Shown piece by piece: positions 34,492-46,400 of a stretch of 48,322 nucleotides of DNA (positions within the stretch are counted from its first letter, which is position 1; each line of letters begins with the position of its first letter). Source of the DNA: a virus (Duplodnaviria > Heunggongvirae > Uroviricota > Caudoviricetes); the IMG/VR virus record IMGVR_UViG_3300028805_000080; one strand, 5' to 3'. Below the pieces are notes generated by a model. That model saw nothing but the letters and a program-made list of their open reading frames with translations. It had not been told where the DNA came from and made no database searches. The position numbers and the translations under genes were made by a program.

Positions 34492-36774
34492 ATGAATATA
34501 GATCAAATAAGTTATTATAATATTAAAAATGATACATTAAGTTATTATTCATATAATGTTGAATTATCAACAATAAATTTTGATTTATCATATATTAATG
34601 ATCTTTCTTCTGAAGATATCAAAAAACATATAGATAATAATTTATTAGTTGTTTCAATGTTAGATGATAAAATGTATTATGATAAAAATATTGATAAAAG
34701 TTCTTATCAATATAATAACATTTTATTCATAAATAATGAAAGTGATATTATTCCTTTGACAATGAATATCAATAATAAGAATAGTGCTTTGACAATAATT
34801 GATAATGAAATCCAAACTAATGTTGATCAAACAACTATTATTGATAAAGATAAACAATTGACTTCTAATCATAATGAATTCAAATTGGCAAATAATAATT
34901 CTTGTGGATTATTTAAAGTCGATGAAGAGTCATTGATAATATCAAATAATAAATTATCACTTTCATATTTTGCAGCAAACATTATTGATAACATAAATGA
35001 AAATGTAGAGATAATGGAAAATGTAATTAATCAATGTTCTTATAATTTAGAAAAGATTATTGATGATTTTAAAGAATATCAATTATATGACCAAATATAT
35101 TCTTGTAATATTAATAAAGATCATGAATTATATTATTTTGATGAAACAAAGAATAATATAAAAATGAAAGATAATTATATGTATATTGATTATTATCAAA
35201 AATATTTTAAGATAAAAATAAATATCATATATAATTATTCTTCTGGTAATATATATGATTTTAATCCATTTGATCCTAAATATTTAGGTATATCTTTTGA
35301 TTATCAATATCCTGATAATGATGAATCTCATATGTATATGAATAATACATCATTAGATTATAAAGTATTATCAAATAGATTTATTAAAGAAAATAAAGAT
35401 AAATCATATATTTTAAATAATGAAATAACTAACTTTGATGAGAATACTAATAATATATATGGAGAAGTCAATTATATTTGTTATTTTGAAATATTGAATG
35501 ATGAGTTATATGATTATTTAAAAGATATTCAAAACAAACCAGGTTGTATTCCATTTAAGATAATATTTGAATATAATGATACTAAATTAAATTTAAATTC
35601 TAAAATCAATTGTAATTTAGATTTATTTATTAACCGAAATTATGAAAACTTACAACCACATCAATTATTATATCATGACTATAGTGTTGGATTCAATTAT
35701 GATAAAATTGGACAATTAGTTGGCATAAGCATGATTAATAATAAACGATTGTCAGATAAACCAATATTCATGAAATATTTTGACAATGAAGACAATTATA
35801 TTATCAATAGAATAAGTAATGATATTCTTAAAGATGATTCATTAGCTAATATTAGATGTAATAACCAATATAATGGAGGTGGAACTGGAAATGCTATTCA
35901 AAATATTTCGAGAATTGATTTGATAATCAATGAAAACATATCCAGTGATAAAGTATTATATAAAAATTTTGAAACAAATAATGTATTAGATTCATGGAAA
36001 AATAGTAGTGGTATCAATAATATAAATAAATTTTATAATACAAAAAGTATATATAAAAATTATATAAAATATGCTTTCAATAATACTTATAATATTCATG
36101 GAAATGGATTAAGAAAGGGAGATTGTTATGTTCCATGTCTTTGTGAATTAGCATTTTTCTATTTTTATGGATTCTACCCATATATAAGCTATATTGAAAA
36201 GAAAGAATTTAGTAGTGGTGATAAAAAAGAATTAGATTCTTCAACATTATATATAGAAAATAATAGATTATATTTATATTCAATAGACTTTAGTGATGTA
36301 AATGCAAAGGTATCTATTAAAAATGAAGTAGGATTATTGAAAGTAAATGAAAATGGAGATTATGTAAGTACCGGTGGAAAAACTTTACATAGATCTATAT
36401 CATTATTCAAGTTACCAGACTATTCTATTTTAATTGGTAAAGGATATTATCTACAATTTGATGAAGAAATAAATTGTGAGTCATTAGAATATATTACTAA
36501 TGGCCCTATAACTTTGAATATAAAATTGAATAATTCTAATAGAACTCCAATTTATACAGATTTTAATTTCAATTATGAAGATAATTCTATTTCATTATCA
36601 CATATTAAATTAATAAAGAAATCAAAAGATCTTTATCAATTATCATTTAATGTAAATAAATATTCTAATGTAAATAATAATATATATATTTATTATAAAG
36701 ATAAAGATGAATCTTTAAATGATTATAATAAAGATTATAGAAGATTATGTAGATTATCTATAAAAATTAGATAA
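34492..36774 (+). CDS. Large virion/tail-fibre-type protein (shared N-module, degenerate CLec-like segment)
   Basis: 760 aa. IPLTMNINN...NVDQTTI, CGLFKVDEESLIISNNKLSLS, and later KGDCYVPCLCEL...DSST. Confidence 0.6.
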   Translation: MNIDQISYYNIKNDTLSYYSYNVELSTINFDLSYINDLSSEDIKKHIDNNLLVVSMLDDKMYYDKNIDKSSYQYNNILFINNESDIIPLTMNINNKNSALTIIDNEIQTNVDQTTIIDKDKQLTSNHNEFKLANNNSCGLFKVDEESLIISNNKLSLSYFAANIIDNINENVEIMENVINQCSYNLEKIIDDFKEYQLYDQIYSCNINKDHELYYFDETKNNIKMKDNYMYIDYYQKYFKIKINIIYNYSSGNIYDFNPFDPKYLGISFDYQYPDNDESHMYMNNTSLDYKVLSNRFIKENKDKSYILNNEITNFDENTNNIYGEVNYICYFEILNDELYDYLKDIQNKPGCIPFKIIFEYNDTKLNLNSKINCNLDLFINRNYENLQPHQLLYHDYSVGFNYDKIGQLVGISMINNKRLSDKPIFMKYFDNEDNYIINRISNDILKDDSLANIRCNNQYNGGGTGNAIQNISRIDLIINENISSDKVLYKNFETNNVLDSWKNSSGINNINKFYNTKSIYKNYIKYAFNNTYNIHGNGLRKGDCYVPCLCELAFFYFYGFYPYISYIEKKEFSSGDKKELDSSTLYIENNRLYLYSIDFSDVNAKVSIKNEVGLLKVNENGDYVSTGGKTLHRSISLFKLPDYSILIGKGYYLQFDEEINCESLEYITNGPITLNIKLNNSNRTPIYTDFNFNYEDNSISLSHIKLIKKSKDLYQLSFNVNKYSNVNNNIYIYYKDKDESLNDYNKDYRRLCRLSIKIR

Positions 36775-36803
36775 TATCTATCTCAAAGTTTTTAATATAA
36801 AAG

Positions 36804-36818
36804 TTATTTTTATATAAG
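36804..36818 (+). promoter_or_regulatory. Candidate late promoter TTATTTTTA-TATAAG
   Basis: 16 nt upstream of the ATG at 36829. Confidence 0.55.
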
Positions 36819-36828
36819 AGATAGATTA

Positions 36829-37614
36829 ATGTTTATGGATAAGATTTATAATAAAGAAGAAGATAGATGGATAAGACCATGGAATATCAAGAAATTTGAT
36901 GACTTGACTTATCGAGATGAAAGATTTTTTTCTATTCTTATTAAAGGATGTTTAAATTGGCTTAATCATCATATTTTCATGTATGATGAAATAATCAATC
37001 ATTTTATTCTTAATACTGGTAGTGCATATTTATATATTGAATCTGATGGCTATGAATTCAAATGGTCAGAAACCACAGGAGAAGATAAGATATATATGCA
37101 CTTGCCTCGTTGTGTAGTTGAAATCAATGATGTCAATATTCCATTAGAAGAATTAACTAATCCATTTGTCAGAGGAATATATGAAAGAAAATCATCAATT
37201 ACAAATGAATATAAAGGATATAATGCAGAAATTAGAAGACTTCCAATTGAATTGAATATGACACTTCATTATGTATTAGGAACATTCAATGAAAGTATAA
37301 TATTGTTACAAGAAATATTAGATATGTTAGTTTTTCAAAAATATTATATGATAACATATTTAGGACAAAAAATACAATGCTCTATTGAATTTCCGGTTTC
37401 TAATCAAATAAATGTAAATAAGATTGATTTTGATTCTACAGATCCTAATATAAAGAATATGAATTTACAAATAAAAGTTGAATCTTATTATCCTATCATA
37501 AATCCTAATACAGAAATAGAAAATACTTCTATTATAAAACAATCAGAATATAACATTAATATACAAGATAAGAATGAACAAATAATTGATCAAAATAAAT
37601 ATACTATTGGATAA
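36829..37614 (+). CDS. T4 gp15-like tail completion/sheath stabilizer protein
   Basis: RFFSILIKG...HLPRCVVEINDV...RRLPIELNMTLHYVLGTFNESIILLQEIL...KIQCSIEFP resembles the gp15 LPR / P-h-x-h-x-h-x-L / QIL pattern. Size (261 aa) and structural-gene context fit. Confidence 0.55.
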   Translation: MFMDKIYNKEEDRWIRPWNIKKFDDLTYRDERFFSILIKGCLNWLNHHIFMYDEIINHFILNTGSAYLYIESDGYEFKWSETTGEDKIYMHLPRCVVEINDVNIPLEELTNPFVRGIYERKSSITNEYKGYNAEIRRLPIELNMTLHYVLGTFNESIILLQEILDMLVFQKYYMITYLGQKIQCSIEFPVSNQINVNKIDFDSTDPNIKNMNLQIKVESYYPIINPNTEIENTSIIKQSEYNINIQDKNEQIIDQNKYTIG

Positions 37615-37620
37615 TAATAT

Positions 37621-40395
37621 ATGTCTAAATTAAATGATGTAATTAATATGTATGGCCAAGACTTTGGTATTACATTAATGAATGCTAAAACTGTATCTGA
37701 TATTAATGAGGCAGAAAGTAAAAAGTTATTACCAAAGAATATGATATTAATTAATGTACCTGAAGGAGAAAATGGTAATGACTTAAATATGGCCTCAATA
37801 TTTGCAACTGACTATAATGGTAATTGTCTTCAATTAACATATGCTATTAATATGACAAATGGATTATATACATATCAAGATCCAGATCCTGATAAAAAGA
37901 ATCCATTTAATGGATCTTTAATGTTACATATTGATGGTAAATCTATTAAAGAAAATACAAATAAAGAATTATCAGTAGATACAAATTATCTTTCTTATTG
38001 TTCTTTTAATAATTTAGGTGTAGCTAAAGTTGCTGAAGCTATATCTAATAGAACTAATTCATCTTATCCAATAGACACATTTATTAATGTAGACAAAAAT
38101 GGTGTATTATATTTATCAGATTCATTCTTAAATCATATATATGAATATGTAGGAAATAAGATTCGTGAAAACATATATCCATTGATAATTGATAGTATTA
38201 AAGGTTGGTTAGTAGATAAAACTACCACTAATTATTATCCAACAGATAAAATTAGTGTATTGCCAATTGACCCATCATATGGTTTTGTAATTACTCAAAA
38301 ATATACATTACAATATAATTCATTAAATAGCGTTTCTGAAAGTGTAGATATTGATATAAATAATAATGATTATCCAATTAAAGAAATTATATTGATAGAT
38401 AACACAACAAGAGTTACAGAAGCTTCTCAATCTACTAAAGAGATAAAGCTTTATAAGCACTCATTAGATTTTACAATAGTTTTCTATCCTAACTATAATT
38501 TACAAAATAAAGTATTCTTAGATAATCAATATATTATCAAGTTTCAACCTCAATCATTAGAAGGTAATAGAGATTTGATGTTCTATTTCAACCAAAATAA
38601 TGTATTTGACAAGAACTCTAATGAATTATTCAAACCATTCAAGATTGAATCAACAACAATTAATCTTAATCAACTTAGATATGATAAGACATTTGATTTC
38701 AATTTTTCAAATTCATATAGATATTTTGATGATATTGATTATATTGTTGAGATAATGTATGTTCCATCTAATAATATAAACAATACAGATGATTCAATAT
38801 TATTAGTTAACAAGAATATTAATGAGCTTATTGAGTCTAATTATAGTAATATTAGAGTTAGTTTAGAAAAAACTATGGAAGAAAATGATATTTATGAAAA
38901 TTGGAAAAATAGCTTGATAAGTGTTGATGATAAAACCGGAATAATATCTAAATTATCTGGAATAAGCTCATTATATAAATATGTATTAAGATATACAATA
39001 AATGGTGAAAGAGCCTATACTTATGAAGATACATTTACTGTTAATTATATATTGACAAATATCTATAAAGAAAATAATTATCTAATATTAGACAATGCAA
39101 ATGGTGTATCTATATATCATGTAAATAAAGTTAATGGAAAATATTCTATTAATTCGGCATCATTGAATACAACCGAAGATAGATCTAATGTTAATATTGA
39201 TAGAACTGATAATATAACTGAAATAACATTACCAGAAGGAAATTATAATTTCATTTATAAGATATTCAATAGTTTAATAGATTCAAATTCATTAGCAGAT
39301 GGATCACCATCAGATGATTATGATACAACTAATATTTTAGGAACAGATGAAGTCAATTATAACAATAAAGTAGGATTCTTATTAGTATTCAATTGTAATT
39401 ATGTTGATAATATTTTCATTACTAATGGTGGTGCTGACAATAATCAAAAAGAATATACAATTTATAATGCTATAACTAATGCAAAGAATAGTAGTGGTGA
39501 ATATATTGATGGTAATGGAAATGAAATAATTGTACATTATGATGAAAGTATATCTTTACCTCAACATGCACAATATCATTCAATGGTATATCCAAAACCA
39601 TCAGTTGTCACAAACCATTCAAAATCATTACAAATATTATCATTTATCGAACTTGATAAATTCATGTTCCAAAATTCAAATAATACAAGAGAACATTCAA
39701 TAACAACAAAGAAATTGAATTATAATTTTACAGTATATAATGCACAAGGACCAAATTGTTATGTAAATCTTAAATTAGATTATGGTAGATTCTTTGCCGA
39801 TCATATAAAAATCTTTAATTTGAATTATGGTAGACATTTAGATCAATTTGTTACAACAAGTCAATTTATAATAAATGAATCAATATCTGGAGGAAGTAAT
39901 TCAATGTTACAAGAAGTTGCTTCAGATTATTCTAATTCAAGATTCTATGTAGGTATTCAAGAAGATTTAATTGATAATGTAATAGACTTGGCTTCTTGTT
40001 CTATTGAATGGTCATTAGATGTAAATGTAACTGATGAAGAAACAGGTATAACAACATTAAAGAATATCAACATTGTTGCTTCTTCACAAAATTGTATTAA
40101 TCCAAATGAATTATCAACTTTAGGATATGATGTAAATGCAAATACATATAAAGATAGTAAAGGTATATTACATAAATATTATATCTTTGAAATTAATTAT
40201 ATAAATCAATGGTATGATAATATAAATGATAATGTTACATTAAAAATTGATTATGCTTCATATTCACCAGAACTTTATATTAAATATAAATGGAAGAAGC
40301 AACAACAAACATCAGATATTAATATATTCAAACATAATTTAGGATTCAACTTTGTACCAAATCTTCAAGGCCCTGATTTGGTTAATACATTTTAA
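37621..40395 (+). CDS. Large virion/tail-fibre-type protein (shared N-module)
   Basis: 924 aa. LQLTYAINMTNGLY...LHIDGKSIKE...CSFNNLGVAKV. Confidence 0.6.
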   Translation: MSKLNDVINMYGQDFGITLMNAKTVSDINEAESKKLLPKNMILINVPEGENGNDLNMASIFATDYNGNCLQLTYAINMTNGLYTYQDPDPDKKNPFNGSLMLHIDGKSIKENTNKELSVDTNYLSYCSFNNLGVAKVAEAISNRTNSSYPIDTFINVDKNGVLYLSDSFLNHIYEYVGNKIRENIYPLIIDSIKGWLVDKTTTNYYPTDKISVLPIDPSYGFVITQKYTLQYNSLNSVSESVDIDINNNDYPIKEIILIDNTTRVTEASQSTKEIKLYKHSLDFTIVFYPNYNLQNKVFLDNQYIIKFQPQSLEGNRDLMFYFNQNNVFDKNSNELFKPFKIESTTINLNQLRYDKTFDFNFSNSYRYFDDIDYIVEIMYVPSNNINNTDDSILLVNKNINELIESNYSNIRVSLEKTMEENDIYENWKNSLISVDDKTGIISKLSGISSLYKYVLRYTINGERAYTYEDTFTVNYILTNIYKENNYLILDNANGVSIYHVNKVNGKYSINSASLNTTEDRSNVNIDRTDNITEITLPEGNYNFIYKIFNSLIDSNSLADGSPSDDYDTTNILGTDEVNYNNKVGFLLVFNCNYVDNIFITNGGADNNQKEYTIYNAITNAKNSSGEYIDGNGNEIIVHYDESISLPQHAQYHSMVYPKPSVVTNHSKSLQILSFIELDKFMFQNSNNTREHSITTKKLNYNFTVYNAQGPNCYVNLKLDYGRFFADHIKIFNLNYGRHLDQFVTTSQFIINESISGGSNSMLQEVASDYSNSRFYVGIQEDLIDNVIDLASCSIEWSLDVNVTDEETGITTLKNINIVASSQNCINPNELSTLGYDVNANTYKDSKGILHKYYIFEINYINQWYDNINDNVTLKIDYASYSPELYIKYKWKKQQQTSDINIFKHNLGFNFVPNLQGPDLVNTF

Positions 40396-40425
40396 ATAAT
40401 CTAAACAAATAATTATCAATATAAA

Positions 40426-43400
40426 ATGGCTAAAAAAGAATATAGAGAAAAAAATATTAAAGAATATGTATTACAAACCGGAGAAAATATTATTTCTTCA
40501 TCTATATATGATAGTGTAGTATATAAAGATTATCGAAATGAAATAAATAGAAATGATGTTACTAGTCATAAAAATGTATTATTTACAAATCATAGTAATT
40601 ATTATAATGATATACAACAATTAATTAATTATTATGAAATTACCGATAATCCTTTATCTTATTTTGCAAATAATAATACAAAATATAAATATCATGGTAA
40701 TGAAGGTAATATAGAGCCATTAGTTTGTGCATATAGTTATGAGAATTTGACTTCATATACTGATAACTTAAGCGAATGGCCTTCTAATACTGTATCTGAA
40801 GTTGATGCTGATGGTAATATTCATATTGATAATGTTGGATTATCTAAAATAAAGACAACTTTCTATGAAAACTTAAACTATCATATTGATAATACATATT
40901 TCTTATTAAAAGTACTTTATCCTACTAATTTACATTTTATAGATAGAGATAATTATTGGAATTTACCAAAAGTTTCTTATATTGAGCCTAGTTCTGATAA
41001 TGATAAAGGAAATGATAAATATTTAGGTATTCAATTATTAGATTGTACCGAAGAATTTGATGAAAATAATAAAGTAAATCCAAAAAATGTTATTGTAAGA
41101 TTTGCTGATAATAGATTTATTGACTATAAAGTTGAAAATATTCCTTATCATTATTTTGAAGAGTCTAAAACTTATGCATTTAGCCCAAATTATCTTTATA
41201 ATTATGATTTAACTGGTAAAGAAGATTATCCTATTGACAAAGATGCAGTAAAGTTATTCAATTCTTCTACAGGTACATTGACTTTAAATTCTAAGTATCT
41301 AAAAAATAAAGATAGAATAAAAATAACTGCTCAAGTTGCATATGATAAAAATAGTTATTTTTATTATAATACTTATCAAATAGGTCAAACTAAAGATGAA
41401 AATGAAAATTCTATTAATAATGAACCTATTATAATAACTCAAGAATATCAATTCAAAAAGCTTCTTCCAATGAAGTTTGAAGTTCCAGATAATACATTTA
41501 CAGTTTATTTGAATGAGACTATTGAAGATCATAAAGAATATCAAAATAAATTCTTTCCTAATCGAATTGTAATATCAGGAGATAATAAAACGGTTCCTTA
41601 TTTATATGCTTCATCTTATTGGAATTATGATAGTTATTTGAATAAGGAAACACAAGAAAATGCAAGCCCAATATATTCATATATTATAGGATGGCCATCA
41701 GATTGGTTAAATGATTCAAGTAATAATGAAGAAGAATCTACTAATACTAGTGGAGATTCTTCTAATGATGAATCTAGTGAAAATCTTGGTTTTTCTAAAA
41801 AAGAAGTAAATGTCAACAAAAATAATAGAAAAGTATGGATTAAATTAATTAATAATGATTCTAAATTACAAAGTGGATTAAAATTCACTTTAGAAGGTAG
41901 TTTAGAATTTAATAATTATGAATGGATATTTATAGATACTGTAAAAACAAACCAAAATGGAGTATTAGAATTTGATAATGTATCTAATCTATTTACCAAA
42001 TTTAGATTAATAAGTCTTAATAATTATAAATTCATAGAAAATGAAAATTCTAAAGAATATATTGATTATATAATTTGTAAAGATATTATTGATAAAGATA
42101 ATGATTTTGTAAAATTAAGTTGTGAAGTATTCTTAGATCTTGAGTGGAAAAGCTTTGAATTCTTTAAAGGATATAACACTTATCTTCTCAAATCAGATGA
42201 TGCTAATAAATTAAATATAAAAGACTATAATGAAAATTATTTTACATTTGACTCATTATCCCAAATTCAATCAATAACAGGATTATGGGATATATATCCT
42301 TATGGACTTTATACAAGTCAATCAACTAATGTTAGAAGTCAATCATTAGGAAATTCTATTAAGCTTATTAAAGATGATTGTGAAGTTATTTTAAAGAATA
42401 CAGGCTATTATAAAAACAATCAATTACAAGATAAAGATAATTTATATTATTGGGTAAACTCTAATAATACTGCTAGAATATTGCAAATAACTAAAAATGA
42501 TAATATAGAAGTGACAGATGGAGTAATAGCTTCTAAATTTGATGGACTTCTATATCTTCAAACATTACTATTAAAATGGAATTATGGTAATTATTCAGAA
42601 TTATCATTAGTTGATGATATTGACAATACTATTGAGTCAAGAATATTAGATATATCTATTAATGAAGAAGATAATGAAGAAACTACTACTAAAGGTATAG
42701 TATTTGGATCTGGACAAGGCCAATATGGAACTGGTTCTGGTATAGATACTAGTAAATTAGGGTACCCAGAAACTAGTATAGAGAAGTCTAATGCTAATGG
42801 ATATTATCAAAATACTTCAAAAACTCATTCTTGGAGTGATGCTTTTGAATGTGATGCAGCCAAAAATAAAATTGTTGGCTCTATTAATTTAGTTACTAGT
42901 AAAGCAGATGGTCTTACTCCTAGAGTAAATAAAATATGGGTAAGTCAAGGATCATCAATGTTTGTATCTAAAGATGATTTTAGATTTATTGAACATTCTG
43001 AGCCTGATGGAAAATCATATACTGTATATGCAAATAATGTGCTAAAAAATGGTGATCCAACATCTCCTGGACGAGAAGTATTTTTAGATATTGTATTTGG
43101 ATATAATAATGATAATGTTAGTACTATAAAAGTATGTCAAAAATTTGATTCTGATGGAGCTGGAAATACTGGTACTTCTAGTGGAGGATATGATAGTTCT
43201 GTTCCTGATGAAAGTATTGAAGGAACTAGCACTGGTAATGTAGAAATACCAGATAGTGCATTCAAGTTTTCTCCAGAGTCTATTACAGTATCATCAACAG
43301 GAACTTTATCAAATACTCCTATATTAATTAATAATTATAATCTTACAAATATTAAATATAGGTCATCAAATTATAGTGTTGCTGATGTTGATCCATGGAG

Positions 43401-46400
43401 TGGTGAAGTTAGAATTCTTGATGGAGGTGAAGCTAATATTATAGCTAAGTTTGCTGGAGATACTACTTATGCAGCTAAAGAAACAAGCTATAAAATTACT
43501 GCTAATATAAGTGGACAAGGTGGAAATACTCCTGAGGATTTACCAACTTATAAATTTACTTTTGGATATCCTACTTATAGAACAACAACTATTGGAGTAA
43601 TATCTGATTCTAATACATATTTAATAAATACTGAAAATCTTCCTGTAGTATATAGTTCATCTAATTCTAGTGTAGCTACTATTGATAGTACTACAGGAAT
43701 AATTACTACTTATAGTATTGGACAAACAACAATTACTGCGATATTTAATGGCAATAATCAATATAATTATAAAGATGCTACTTGTACTTTAATAGTTGAA
43801 AGTCAAAATAATCCTGGAGGAGGAGATGATCCAATAAATCCATCAACAAAAACTGATTTAGGAAATGAACTGTCATTTTCTACTAATACAGCTCTTGCAG
43901 ATACTGCTGGTACATTGACTACAGGTCCAAAATTGACTAATACTTATAATCTTCCTTTAACATTTTCATCATCAGATACTAGTGTAGCTACAGTAAATAG
44001 TAATACTGGTGAAGTCAATGTTATTGGTAATGGTCATACATCAATTAGTGCAATATTTAATGGTAATGATCAATATAATAACAAGACAATTTACTATACT
44101 TTAAATGTTAGCATCTCTGGAGGAAGTGGCTCTGGTGATCAACCTGCTAATCCTGATAATCCAGATAATCCAAGCAATCCAACAGGAGAATTTACAGTAC
44201 AATCTATATATAATAGTCAAAATCCTTTGAATTATGGAGGATCTCATAATACATATATTGTTATTGGACAAATCAAAAATGTATCAGAGGATTTAGGTAA
44301 TCTTCAAATTAGTTCTATTGCTATTCAAGAAGAGACATTTGGTGATGCTACTACAAGTGGTACAATGATTAGTGGTGTAAATGATATTAGTGCAAATAAT
44401 AATGCACAATATAATTGGTTGATAAAAGCAAAGATTCAATCAAATACTTCTAATTTACCTAAATATATAAAAGTATATTTCAATTTTGAAAATGATCCAA
44501 ATAATACTCAATACCATATAGATGTATATCAATTAAAATATACTTCTAGTGAAGGTTCTGATGGAAATAATCAAGAAGAATATAATCCACAAGGAACTAC
44601 AATTGATAAAGATCCATATAGTATTGATGACCCATATGATGATGAAGGTAATATAAGAATTCCAATAAACTATGGAAAACATACAAGCAATAATTCATAT
44701 TTTGAAGACTATGAAGATGAATATGGCCCAATACAAATTGTAGATATGCCTACATTATATTTACCAGAAAATTTAGATAATAATGTATATAAACATATTA
44801 AATATACTTCTGGTAATCCTGATGTTGCAGAATTAGTATATTTTAAATATAATCCATTAACTGGTTATGAAGAACCACTTACTAAATATGTAAGTAATGA
44901 ATCAGGTGAGCCTATTGTTAATTTTGATGAAGCATTTGAAAATGGATATAAATTAAAATTAAAATTACGTATTTTATCTATTGGAGAATCTTTAATAACA
45001 GCAGAATATCCTGAAGCTGATGATATATTTGAAGTAACACCACCGGTATCATTCAATTTAGTTGTAAAGAAAAAGAATATTCCTACATTAGAATTGAATG
45101 AGAATGAATTTGAGATAGAACGTAAGAATACTTCAATAATAAGTGATACTACAGAAAATCCATTAAATGCTTTCCAAATATTCAAGAGTCCTACTCCAAA
45201 TATAATTACTGAAGAAGATATTAATGCTAGATTTAAATATGTTTCTTCGGATAATAGTATTGGAGAAGCTACTGAGGCTATGTATAATAAGCATTTAAAA
45301 TCTCCATTTAAGTTTGATATAACTAAATATCATGAATTAAGTGATAATAGTGGATATAATTCTAATATGACTCTTGAACAATATATGTATGTCAAGAATT
45401 CTATTGAAATTGGAGATATACTTATATTTGATATTGGAAAAATCAAAGTAACTATCAAATTAAGAGAGACTGAGAAATATCGTTCTGCAAGAATAAACTA
45501 TGGATTATCTATTATTGATCCTCCTAAGAAGACAAAGACTATTCTTCAAACTCCTCAAGCAACTTATACTATAAGATTAGATGAATCTCAAAATAAACAA
45601 GTATATAGAATATTTGATAATGAATTAGATAATGAACATAAAGAAATATCTCACTTTGTTGGAGAATATGATTCAAAGAAATTTAATGAACTTTTAGCTG
45701 CATATCCACTTAATACTGGATTATTCCATCATAGTGATGTAGGTAAAAATGGTCATATTCATAACTATGTAATCGACCGTATTGATTATATAACTACTTT
45801 TAAAGATGGTAAAACTTTATTTAAAGCTCCTAGTGGATCATGGAAAGATCAAGATAACCATGAATATGATAGTGATAAAGGAAAATTTAATAGTCTAGTA
45901 AATTTAATACAAGCTAAAGCTAAATATCATTCAAAAGATGAAAATAATAATAATATTCCATTATTTGATAGTGAGAATATTATATATGATTTATTAAAAC
46001 CAAAAGAAGATGGAAGTGGATATGAAAGAGGATCTGCTTATGTAAGATTGAATTGTGATGTTGTCTATAAACCAGGTAGTAGTACACCATCTTATTATAT
46101 TTTTCCTAAAGCTTTAGAAAAGAGACTTAAAGATGATATTAATAAATTCTATAAGAATCCTGTGGGTCCGGGTTATATTGATGAACATTTATCAGAAGAA
46201 TATCCAGTATATGGCGAATATTTTGAGACTTATGGTTGCTTAATATCATCTGGTACTAAAATTCAAGCAATTAGACTTAGTACTGATTTTCTAGATGAAA
46301 ATTATTCTTCAAGTGATTTTTATCAAGGTGATGGTTTTTTGGTAAAGAAACCAAAAAATGATCTTTCATTAGATGATTTGATGGTTCGTAATAATTATGA

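Noticed and set aside
34480-34492. Read-through fusion of 32554..34482 and 34492..36774 (same frame, single TAA)
   Set aside because: The second gene starts with its own copy of the shared N-terminal module, so it looks like an independent paralogue. Same-frame adjacency occurs by chance one time in three.
27581-40395. Diversity-generating retroelement targeting the CLec-like domains
   Set aside because: No reverse transcriptase and no template/variable repeat pair differing at adenines is visible in this window.
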